Shown here: one piece after another, positions 18,175 to 26,741 of the stretch
Numbering within the stretch: the first letter of the stretch is position 1
Layout: each line of letters begins with the position of its first letter
Source of the DNA: Alkalispirochaeta sp.
GTDB taxonomy: Bacteria; Spirochaetota; Spirochaetia; DSM-27196; Alkalispirochaetaceae
Direction: 5' to 3'
NCBI GenBank assembly: GCA_965242725.1
Contig: CBDESZ010000019.1
Location: forward strand, 1 to 29,308
DNA length: 29,308 nucleotides
Program-made: the position numbers and the translations under genes
Notes under the pieces: model-generated
Databases searched by the model: none
What the model saw: only the letters and a program-made list of their open reading frames with translations
Told to the model about the DNA's origin: nothing

Positions 18175-19257
18175 TCAGCCGTCCCAGCCGTAGTCCCGGC
18201 GGTCTTTCCACGGCGTTCCGTCGCGATAGCGTTCCGGAAAAAGTGCTTTTGGACGGGGATCTTCCGCCACGTCAAGCTGCATGACCATCCATTTCGGGTA
18301 GGGTGTTCCCGGATCACTCACCTCATTCAGCTCCTTCAGGTCCTGGTCGGTTAGTTTCAGCTCCGATGCGGCGATATTGTCCGCCAGATGCTCCTTTTTT
18401 CGCCCCGCAACGATCACGCTGGAAATGGCCGGACGGGAGAGGAGCCACGCAAGGGAAACCCGGGCAACGCTGACGCCGTGCCGTTTGGCGACCTCGCGCG
18501 CCGTATCCACCACGTTATATCCAAGCTCCTTTTCAAAGGGAACGAAGTTTCCGTTTTCATTGAAACGCGTTCCCGGAGGCGCCGCCTTGCCCCGCTCGTA
18601 CTTGCCGCTCAGAAAGCCGCCGGCAAGGGGACTCCACACAAGAATGCCGAGGTTGTGGTACTCCGCCATGGACTGAAAATCAAACTCAAGGCCCCGTCCC
18701 ACGAGGCTGTAGTACATCTGGGCGGTGACAAAGCGGTTGAGACCCAGCCGTTCCTGCACGCCCAGCGCCGTCGCGCCCTGCCAGGAGAGGTAGTTGCTGA
18801 ACCCGATGTAGCGAACCTTGCCCTGTCGCACCAGATCATTCATCGCCCGCAACGTCTCTTCCAGGGGCGTGTTGCTGTCCCATCCGTGCAGCTGGTAAAG
18901 GTCGATGTAGTCAGTCTGAAGGCGCCTGAGGCTGCTTTCCACGCCCCGCATGATATTGACCCGCGTTGCGCCGCTGCGGTTGAAGTTGTCGCTCATGGGA
19001 AGACGACACTTGGTCGCCACAACGAGCTCCTCCCGCCGGGAGCGGATTGCATTGCCCACAAACTCCTCGCTTTCGCCCTGTGAATAGACGTCGGCGGTGT
19101 CGATAAAGTTGATTCCCTGATCGAGGGCAAAGGCGACAAGCTCATTCGTCGCCTTCTGGTCAAGGTTACCCATGTTCATTTTCTGCCCGAATTGCATCGT
19201 ACCAAGGGCGATTTCGCTGACGATGAGCCCACTGTGTCCCAGACGTCGGTATTTCAT
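18175..19257 (-). CDS. Aldo/keto reductase (Tas/aryl-alcohol dehydrogenase-like), 360 aa
   Basis: MKYRRLGHSGLIVSEIALGTM, tetrad DTADVY / ATK / LYQLH, WSPLAGGFLSGKY. GAGGAG SD before ATG 19257. Confidence 0.95.
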   Translation of the reverse strand: MKYRRLGHSGLIVSEIALGTMQFGQKMNMGNLDQKATNELVAFALDQGINFIDTADVYSQGESEEFVGNAIRSRREELVVATKCRLPMSDNFNRSGATRVNIMRGVESSLRRLQTDYIDLYQLHGWDSNTPLEETLRAMNDLVRQGKVRYIGFSNYLSWQGATALGVQERLGLNRFVTAQMYYSLVGRGLEFDFQSMAEYHNLGILVWSPLAGGFLSGKYERGKAAPPGTRFNENGNFVPFEKELGYNVVDTAREVAKRHGVSVARVSLAWLLSRPAISSVIVAGRKKEHLADNIAASELKLTDQDLKELNEVSDPGTPYPKWMVMQLDVAEDPRPKALFPERYRDGTPWKDRRDYGWDG

Positions 19258-19291
19258 AGTTTTCTCCTCGTTCCGTGGATTTCTTTGTTTC

Positions 19292-19319
19292 ATTGTATCG
19301 CCCCGGTTCCACGGGTCAA
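19292..19319 (-). promoter_or_regulatory. sigma70-type promoter of the aldo/keto reductase
   Basis: TTGACC, 16 nt, TACAAT on the minus strand, ~35 nt before the ATG. Confidence 0.55.
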
Positions 19320-19490
19320 GGCGGTGGTATATCGGGGCTGTATATAGAATGATGTTGCAAAACACCTCTCAGGTCATGGCCGTACATGGAAATAGATCGC
19401 CGGGACGGCGTGTTTTCTGCAAGTCCTTTCACGTTCGGTGTTTTGTTTATATTTTGCAACACGAATGTGTATACCCGAAAGGGAACCGCA

Positions 19491-20426
19491 ATGAGGGATG
19501 TAGAAGAGTATTACAACCGGAACACCTCCGCCTTTCTCCGCTTCGGTCACGGAACGAGCCGATCAGGCGGGATTCACCGCGCGCTGTGGGCACCGGAGGT
19601 GACGACGGTAGCTGAGGCGATGGATTACATACACACCCGGATCGTGGCGGCACTTCGGAAAGGCACCCCGACCTCCGACGGTGTCCGTCACTACGGCGAT
19701 ATGGGATGCGGGGTCGGTACATCGGTCCTGCGCATTGCCGAAATCACCGGCGCAGCGGTGACCGGCGTCACCCTGAGTCCCGTTCAGTACGGGGAAGCAC
19801 AGAAACGGATCGCCAGGTGGGGTGAACAACGGCGGCCGGTACGCGGCCCCTGCCGCGTGTTCCGCGGCGACTTTACCGATCCCGCACTTCTCGCCCGCGT
19901 CGCCGATCGTGGCCCGCTGGACGGTGCCTGGATGGTGGAATCGTACAACCACGCCGATGACGCGGAGACGCTCCTCGGCGGCATCGCCGGTATCATACGG
20001 CCCGGAGGCGTATTCACAATCGTTGACGACTTTCCCGCCGACAGCCTCATCGCCGGAGATCCGTCTCCGCGCGTCGGTCGCCTCCGTGATGAGTTTCTCT
20101 CAGGCTGGCATGTAAAAACCTTTCTCCCTCCGTCCCGCTTGAAGGAGATCGCCGCCCGTCACGGATTCGACCATATCCTTGAAGAAGACTACAGTGCGTA
20201 TATTGCCCATCGCCGCCTCCGGGATTATCTGGTGCGGGCAGGGGCCGCCGTCGGACGGGTGCTGCGTCGCTCCTCACCGGGATGGGACAATCTCCGCGGA
20301 GGCAGTGCGCTGGAACAGCTATCCCGGGAAGGGTACATCCGATATCAGCTGCACGCCTTTCTACGACGTCAGGGAGTTTCCGCCGCCGACTCTGGGGATT
20401 CAGGGGATATCCTGTCCACCAGGTAG
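19491..20426 (+). CDS. Class I SAM-dependent methyltransferase (tocopherol/sterol/CFA-like), 311 aa
   Basis: YY...IHRALW N-terminus, motif I DMGCGVG, GVTLSPVQ, RGDF, AWMVESYNHA, IRPGG. AAAGGGA before the ATG. Confidence 0.85.
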   Translation: MRDVEEYYNRNTSAFLRFGHGTSRSGGIHRALWAPEVTTVAEAMDYIHTRIVAALRKGTPTSDGVRHYGDMGCGVGTSVLRIAEITGAAVTGVTLSPVQYGEAQKRIARWGEQRRPVRGPCRVFRGDFTDPALLARVADRGPLDGAWMVESYNHADDAETLLGGIAGIIRPGGVFTIVDDFPADSLIAGDPSPRVGRLRDEFLSGWHVKTFLPPSRLKEIAARHGFDHILEEDYSAYIAHRRLRDYLVRAGAAVGRVLRRSSPGWDNLRGGSALEQLSREGYIRYQLHAFLRRQGVSAADSGDSGDILSTR

Positions 20427-21643
20427 TACAGCAGACCGGACGCAAGAAAGATTCCTCCCGCACACTGCCACGCCAGGGAAATGGAGTACCCATCGGCGAC
20501 GACGCCCCAGACCAGCGCAGCGACGCCGCCGCCGGCCTGCAGAAATACCGACTCAAGGGAGAGAAGAGTGGAGCGGACACCGGACGGAACGTTTTCATTC
20601 AGGAGAGTCTGTTCCGGCGAGTCGTTGACACCGTTCAGAAAGAAGATAAGGAAGTAGACCGCCGCAAAGGTGACAACGTCTCCGGTGGACGCGAGGAGCA
20701 GAAAGGACACGCCGATGAGGATGCGGGTGCCCATCACCACTCTCCCGTAGCACGGTCCCACTATACGGAAGATGAGCGGTGAAACGGCGGCACCAAGGGA
20801 TCCCACGAGAAAATACCCGCCCGTGAGATAGCCGAAGATCCGGGTCGGACTCGCCGTCCCGGTAATGCCGTTCACATATGGTTGCCAGTACTGCTCAAGA
20901 CCGGCAAATGTGACACCCCACGCGGCGGTTCCAAGCAACAGAAGGCGTACGACGCGACTGGATATACCGTGACGGAAGGCCGCTCTGAAGACCACCGCCA
21001 TTCCAAGAAAACCCCGTTCCAGACCGTCTGCAAGAGGTCCTTTCTTCCGTGGCGGAAAGAGCAGGAGCGTCAGAATGAACTGTATGACCGCGACAAGAAC
21101 AACAGCGAAAAAGAGCAGGGAGTACCGGTCAACCCGGGCAGCGCCGATCGACGCAGGGGCAAGAGCATTGTCGGCGATAAAACCGCCTGCCAGCCCGCCG
21201 ATCGCCAGGGCGAGGGGTACGGCAATACCGATCCGGGCAAGAAAACGCTGAAGGGGCCCGAAAGATTCAAGCTCGCCATGGGCATCGATGAGATAGGCGT
21301 CCATCGAGCCTGAAGAGAGCGCTCTGGCCAGTCCCATAAGAACAAACCCGACCATCATCGCTCCCGCCGAAAAGGATACGCCAAGGATCAATGCGCCGCA
21401 TACCTGAAAAAGAAGTGAAAGGAGATATGTGTTGCGACGACCGAAGGTATCGGCGAGTCCCCCGGTCGGTAATTCCATGACGGCAACTGCGCCGGACAGT
21501 ACCGCCACATTGAGGCCAAGCTGTGTCAGTGAAAGGCCCCGATCAAGCTGAAATACCGCAAATACCGGAATGATCAATCCCGTGGAGAACCAGTGTAGCG
21601 ATCTGTTAACCACTGCGCGAGCGGTGAGAGTAGACTCGGTCAT
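20369..21643 (-). CDS. MFS transporter (12 TM)
   Basis: ELPTGGLADTFGRR motif A, MGLARALSSGSMDA, VPSGVRSTLLSL. Confidence 0.92.
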   Translation of the reverse strand: MTESTLTARAVVNRSLHWFSTGLIIPVFAVFQLDRGLSLTQLGLNVAVLSGAVAVMELPTGGLADTFGRRNTYLLSLLFQVCGALILGVSFSAGAMMVGFVLMGLARALSSGSMDAYLIDAHGELESFGPLQRFLARIGIAVPLALAIGGLAGGFIADNALAPASIGAARVDRYSLLFFAVVLVAVIQFILTLLLFPPRKKGPLADGLERGFLGMAVVFRAAFRHGISSRVVRLLLLGTAAWGVTFAGLEQYWQPYVNGITGTASPTRIFGYLTGGYFLVGSLGAAVSPLIFRIVGPCYGRVVMGTRILIGVSFLLLASTGDVVTFAAVYFLIFFLNGVNDSPEQTLLNENVPSGVRSTLLSLESVFLQAGGGVAALVWGVVADGYSISLAWQCAGGIFLASGLLYYLVDRISPESPESAAETP

Positions 21644-21716
21644 CGCCGGGAATCCTATGCCGGATTACCGCGAATGAGAAGAAACAATGGGAACAACCCG
21701 CCTGCCTGCGGCTTTT

Positions 21717-21745
21717 TTGACTTTTCCACTCGGCATTATTATCGT
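21717..21745 (+). promoter_or_regulatory. sigma70-type promoter of the FMN-binding protein gene
   Basis: TTGACT (21717-21722), 17 nt, TATCGT (21740-21745); GGAGG SD before ATG 21775. Confidence 0.6.
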
Positions 21746-21774
21746 TTCGTACCTTTTCTTGACGGAGGGAAGTT

Positions 21775-22395
21775 ATGGCGGAAAGTCGATTCAGAGAACG
21801 TCCATTGTATACCGTTCTTTTTTCATTTGTACTCACCTTTTCCATCGCCTTCATTCTGACGGGGGCACACCTGTTCACGACGCCTATCGTCGAGGACAAT
21901 GAACTGGAACGGAGGCAGGGTGCGGTTCTTCGCGCCATGGGTATTCACCTCGACGACAGGGACGACGTTTTTGCCACCTACTCCCGGCTCGATTCCCGCG
22001 GAGACGGTCTGTACCGGTACTCCACCGAGGATGACCGGCTGCTCATCGCCCGCGTATTTTCGGGTCCCGGCGTGTGGGGACAGATCCAAGGAGTCATCGG
22101 TGTGGACGCGGCCGCCAGGCGTATCATCGGCGTGGAAATTCTCGACCATCAGGAAACGCCGGGACTGGGCGGACGCGTTGCGGACGCTCGCTTTCTCTCG
22201 CAGCTGCAGGGCGAACGGTTTGACGAAAACGGTATCGTCATGAATATTCGGGGACCGGGAAACTACGACCCCGACGATGGTCGGATCGATGGGATCACCG
22301 GTGCAACGGGAACGACCCGCGCCTTCGATCGGATACTTCGCCGGAAGATGCACCTGCTGTGGAACGATGTCCGGACCCTCAGTGACGAAGCGTAA
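21775..22395 (+). CDS. Membrane-anchored FMN-binding protein, NqrC/RnfG-like
   Basis: N-terminal TM helix; GPGVWGQI, HQETPGLG and flavinylation motif DGITGAT. Confidence 0.88.
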   Translation: MAESRFRERPLYTVLFSFVLTFSIAFILTGAHLFTTPIVEDNELERRQGAVLRAMGIHLDDRDDVFATYSRLDSRGDGLYRYSTEDDRLLIARVFSGPGVWGQIQGVIGVDAAARRIIGVEILDHQETPGLGGRVADARFLSQLQGERFDENGIVMNIRGPGNYDPDDGRIDGITGATGTTRAFDRILRRKMHLLWNDVRTLSDEA

Positions 22396-22398
22396 ATC

Positions 22399-24498
22399 TC
22401 AGAAGGGCGGGTCTCCGGGATAACACACAAACCGGAAACACCAGTCATCGTGTTCCGAAGGGAGCTGCATCGCTCCGGGAGGAAGACAATTCCACTCTAT
22501 CGGTGTGGAACGGTGCAGGACGGGTATTTCCCCTGCGGAAAAGAGGGCGGCGATGTTATGAAAATCCCGCGCCTGCTCCGGGCCGATACGTAACGCTCCT
22601 CCCTCTATGGGGGGAGCTCCGGGAGTTTCGGCAAGCAGGGAATTTCTGATCTGAGCGCTCCTGAGAAGCGCGTACTCCGCAAGGGCCATCGCCGAAGGTG
22701 TAGGTGCATCAAACTCATCGGCGGGTACGGCGGGAAAATCCTCGGTCAGGGACAACAGCCATCCCTTCCCGTCGCGATAGAACTGCAGGACCTTCCGTTC
22801 CAATGCCGGCAGTGTCGTCGGGGAAGGAGAAGGACGCTCTCCATCCGCGGCTTCATGATCAGCGGCGCCCGGCGCGGGGCGTCCCGCTATTGTGTCCGTC
22901 ACGTCTACATTCGCCGCGGACGACGTCGTGCCGCGCATTCCCGGCACATTGAGTTCAAGCAAATGGGTCTCCAGCAACAGAAACGCTCCGTAGTCCTCCA
23001 GAAACTCGCCGCCCCCCGCCCGACCTTCCAGAGTGCTACGCACAAGACGGATCGCCGGTTCCGTCTCCGTTGTATCGAACGCGCCGTTCTTCTGAAGGAG
23101 CGCATTCCGTACATCCCGGGCCCGGTCGATCCAGTCGGGACGGTTAAGATAGCGACCGGCAACGACCAGGGCGACCCCCGTGAGAGCGTTCCAGGCGGTC
23201 ACAACCTTTCGATCCACATCGGGCTGCCGACGCCCGCGGCGGCGGGCAAGCATCCGGGAGAGCAGATCCCGTTCCGTCCCATTTGGCGCGCCGTCACCGG
23301 CGCGGCGAGTCAGGTGGTACATCCCTTCAACGGTGCCGCCCGGAGGAAGGTAAAAGAAGTGTTCCGGACCGACTGCGGCAGCTCCTTCGCATTCCCCCGC
23401 CACCGCGTGTAGCTCATCGTCGCTCCACAGGTAGGTCGCCCCCTCAACGTGGTCCGTATCGGCATCGTGGGCGGAGACGTAGAGTTCACCATCCCGGAAC
23501 GTCTCCTCCAGCGCAGTGACGATACTTTCGGCGACGTACCGGTAGAGCTCATTCCCGTACCGGTGCCACCCGAGAGCGTACACCCACAGAAGCATCGCCT
23601 GATCGTACAGCATCTTCTCAAAGTGGGGCACAGTCCACGCGCGGTCGATGCAATAGCGGAAAAAACCGCCCTGCAGGTGGTCGTGGAGGCCCCCAAGGGC
23701 CATGGCATTAAGCGTTTCCGTGATGACTTCGTCAACGGCGTGGCGGTGTGGCACCGTTGCATCTCCCGCCGCCGTTGTGGCGCCAGGGGAAACGGAACCA
23801 ATATCGATGTCGACACCATAGTGAAGCAGAAAAAGCAACGTTGAATGGGGCGGAAACTTGGCACCCATGCCGAATCCGCCGAACTCCCGGTCAGCCCGGC
23901 GGACCAGATTGGCTGCGATTGTCGCTGCGGCGTTCCGCGCGGCAGGTCTTTCCCCGACACGGGAGTCGCCCTCACCGCCAATGCCCTCGTCTTCAGACGG
24001 AGCCGCCCCGGCAAATGGCAGCTCAATATCCTGAAGGTGATCCTTCTTTTCCGCGAGGAAGGACACCACCCGTCCGGCAATATCAACAAATCCCGGCATT
24101 CCGGCCCGGGGTTCCACCGGTACATAGGTCAGCGCCGCCACCGGTCGACGCGGCGCGGCGAGAAAGACGTTTAACGGCCACCCGCCGTTACCCCGCGTCG
24201 CCAGGAGAAACTGCATGAGATAATGGTCGATATCCGGGCGTTCTTCCCGGTCAATCTTAATGGAAACAAAGTGTTCATTCAGATACGCCGCAACTCCCGG
24301 GTCGGAAAACGCCTCCGCTGCCATGACGTGACACCAGTGGCAGGTGGCATACCCGACGGAGACAAAGAGGGGCTTTCCTTCGTTCCGGGCGAACTCCAGG
24401 GTCGCGGTGTTCCACTCCTGCCACCAGACGGGGTTATTCGCGTGTTGGCGGAGATACGGCGATGTCGCCCGGGCAAGATTGTTTTGCCGGTAGTTCAT
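22399..24498 (-). CDS. Thioredoxin-domain protein, YyaL/SPATA20 family
   Basis: NNLARATSPYLRQHANNPV, GYATCHWCHVM, KIDREERPDID, GGWPL, KFP, VPHFEKMLYDQA, DAD, WNAL, LEDY. Confidence 0.95.
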   Translation of the reverse strand: MNYRQNNLARATSPYLRQHANNPVWWQEWNTATLEFARNEGKPLFVSVGYATCHWCHVMAAEAFSDPGVAAYLNEHFVSIKIDREERPDIDHYLMQFLLATRGNGGWPLNVFLAAPRRPVAALTYVPVEPRAGMPGFVDIAGRVVSFLAEKKDHLQDIELPFAGAAPSEDEGIGGEGDSRVGERPAARNAAATIAANLVRRADREFGGFGMGAKFPPHSTLLFLLHYGVDIDIGSVSPGATTAAGDATVPHRHAVDEVITETLNAMALGGLHDHLQGGFFRYCIDRAWTVPHFEKMLYDQAMLLWVYALGWHRYGNELYRYVAESIVTALEETFRDGELYVSAHDADTDHVEGATYLWSDDELHAVAGECEGAAAVGPEHFFYLPPGGTVEGMYHLTRRAGDGAPNGTERDLLSRMLARRRGRRQPDVDRKVVTAWNALTGVALVVAGRYLNRPDWIDRARDVRNALLQKNGAFDTTETEPAIRLVRSTLEGRAGGGEFLEDYGAFLLLETHLLELNVPGMRGTTSSAANVDVTDTIAGRPAPGAADHEAADGERPSPSPTTLPALERKVLQFYRDGKGWLLSLTEDFPAVPADEFDAPTPSAMALAEYALLRSAQIRNSLLAETPGAPPIEGGALRIGPEQARDFHNIAALFSAGEIPVLHRSTPIEWNCLPPGAMQLPSEHDDWCFRFVCYPGDPPF

Positions 24499-24543
24499 GG
24501 GGTTAACATGAGCAATTCAGTTGGAAAACGTCAACGTACGCTC

Positions 24544-25369
24544 TTACTCCGGCCCGTCAAGAAATGGCACGATCAGGGACAATAACTCATCCGGCTTTTC
24601 CTCAATCACCAGATGACCCGCGCCGGGAATAGATGCAAAACGCGATCCGGGAATGAGGCGATGGAGTTCGCGGCCACGCTCCACCGGAATCCACCGGTCT
24701 TCCTCCCCCCAGAGTATGAGTGCCGGCCGCCGGATATCCGGGTACGAACCCTGAACCTCGTCGGTATACTTCACATCGGCCTGCGCAATCTGCCGGTAGA
24801 AGGCTGCCTTGCCCGCTCCCCTGGTCCACGGTGTAACCGTCATCGTCAGTATCTCTTCGTCCAGCGGCAGGTATGCCGCACTTTTCACGTATGCCCGTAC
24901 GATGGCGTCCTGTATATAGTCGGGAACTCCCGCAAAGGCGCGCTCGTATTCCCTCACATGGGTAAAGAACTCCGATCCCCAGGGAGTGACGGCGACGGGA
25001 TCGATAAGGACGATCTTTTCAAAGCCGACGCCGTTGATAAGATGCGTCCGCAGGACGGTGGCACCGCCAAAGTCCATGGCCGATGACTACGGGACTGTCC
25101 AGCTTCCACTCGTCGGAAATCATCGCGGCAAGAATGTCATTCTGAATCCCCAGGGATACATCACCATCGGATTTGTCGGACTGTCCGTACCCGATAAGGT
25201 CGTAGAAGAAAACGGAAAACACTTCCGCCAGTCCGTTGATCAAATGGCGCATGTTGAAGGACGACCATGGCGTGCCGTGGACGACCACAATGGGCGGCCC
25301 CTTCCCGGCTACGCCGTACCTGATCGATCGTCCGTCGTATATAAATTCGTGTTGCAAGTCCCAATGCAT
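24544..25369 (-). CDS. Alpha/beta hydrolase (Asp-nucleophile type); apparent frameshift at ~25074-25075
   Basis: HGTPWSS, DLIGYGQS. Removing one G restores the nucleophile elbow GHDFGG. ILWGEED...W and GAGH follow. GAGGTG SD before ATG 25369. Confidence 0.88.
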
Positions 25370-25411
25370 TCGCACCTCAATACGCCGAAACCATATCGTA
25401 CCGATCCCGAC

Positions 25412-26287
25412 TCATGGAAGTTTCTTCGCCTGCTTCTCCCGGTACATTTCCTCATCGGCCCGTGAAATGTGGTCCTGAAAATTGTCGTCGGGGCCGGCAA
25501 AGACGCTCCAACCCGTGGAAACAGCGGGTGTGACCGATGATATTGAAGTCTGGGCCTGCAGGGTATCGAGGACGCGTGACCTGATAAACTCATAGGGCGA
25601 GGCATCGTTAAAGAGCACAAGGGCGACAAACTCATCGCCGCCGAGACGACACACCACATCGTGTGCCCGTACGGCACTGGAGAGGGCGTGAGACGCGGCA
25701 AGGATATATCGATCCCCCGCATCATGTCCTTCCCGGTCATTTACCAGTTTCAGGTTGTCCAGGTCCATATAAAAGACACCGACATTCATTCTCTCACGTT
25801 CCGCCAGGGAGATCTGCTTCTGGGCGATCGTCTCAAATCCCCGCCGATTCAGAAGACCGGTAAAGGGATCACGGATCGATTCATCCTTGATTCGTCGCAT
25901 CAGAGAAGCGCGTTCAATGGCGTGATGGACCACACGCTTCAACAACCGTGCGTCAAACTCGCCTTTGATAAGGTAGTCCTGGGCGCCGCGGCTGAGGGCA
26001 CTGCTTGTGACTTCGTCATCCTCCAGACCGGTCAGCACGATCACGGCAAGGCTGGGATCATGATTCAATACCGTGTTCACCGTCTCGACGCCCCGCGAGT
26101 CGGGAAGCCCCAGGTCGAGAAACATGACGTCGAAAGACTGTTCATCAAGAAGTCCCATCGCCGTGTTGAGGCTCTGCGCCGCGACGCATGTAGGAGATGG
26201 GGTCAACGCCTCTTCCAGGAGCAGCGTCGTCAGACGCACGTCCCCGGGATTATCCTCTACGAGGAGTATACGTAATGAATCGGTCAT
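25412..26287 (-). CDS. Response-regulator diguanylate cyclase (REC-GGDEF)
   Basis: ILLVEDN, FLDLGLPDS, GAQDYLIK; DPFTGLLNRR, DLDNLKLVND, GHDAGD, I-site RAHD, intact GGDEF, RADEEMY. Confidence 0.95.
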   Translation of the reverse strand: MTDSLRILLVEDNPGDVRLTTLLLEEALTPSPTCVAAQSLNTAMGLLDEQSFDVMFLDLGLPDSRGVETVNTVLNHDPSLAVIVLTGLEDDEVTSSALSRGAQDYLIKGEFDARLLKRVVHHAIERASLMRRIKDESIRDPFTGLLNRRGFETIAQKQISLAERERMNVGVFYMDLDNLKLVNDREGHDAGDRYILAASHALSSAVRAHDVVCRLGGDEFVALVLFNDASPYEFIRSRVLDTLQAQTSISSVTPAVSTGWSVFAGPDDNFQDHISRADEEMYREKQAKKLP

Positions 26288-26289
26288 CG

Positions 26290-26741
26290 TTACCTTCCGT
26301 CGATTCCGTTCGGCAACTTCACGATGGTGAACCAGAACTCTTCGATACTGAGCACCGCTTCAAAGAACTTATCCGCATCAACCGGTTTGGTGCACGTAGC
26401 AATTTGCCAAATGCTTGTACGCTTCGGTAATGTCGGCATTCGCCTCGGAAGAGGTCAGGACGATGACGGGAATCGTCGTGAGATCGGGATGATGCTTTAT
26501 ATGACGGAGCACATCACGTCCGCGCATATCCGGAAGATTCCAGTCAAGCAGGATCAGGTCGGGAAGAGAACTCGGATCTTCTTCCACGGCTCTATCCAGC
26601 GTCGCGATCGCGTCCTTGCCGTTGTCCACAACGCGCAGCTCATTATTGGTCTTGCCGCTGCGTAACGCTTCCCGGGTGAGACGCACGTCCCCCCGGGTTG
26701 TCCTCAACCATAAGGATCTGTATTACTCTTCCGACCACCAT
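26290..26741 (-). CDS. Single-domain response regulator, Rcp1-like; two apparent frameshifts (~26689-26694, ~26392)
   Basis: Reconstructed [26 protein letters not shown]...[11 protein letters not shown]...IPVIVLTSS...[40 protein letters not shown] at the start; TAA at 26290. Confidence 0.85.

Noticed and set aside
21687..21902. Small hydrophobic ORF upstream of the NqrC-like gene as an Nqr/Rnf remnant
   Set aside because: It overlaps the predicted promoter and the gene in another frame, with no family motif.
26689..26694. Programmed frameshifting or phase variation at homopolymers (G6 here, C7 near 28755)
   Set aside because: Runs are short, most other breaks are at 2-3-nt runs, and clustering at window ends fits sequencing error better.
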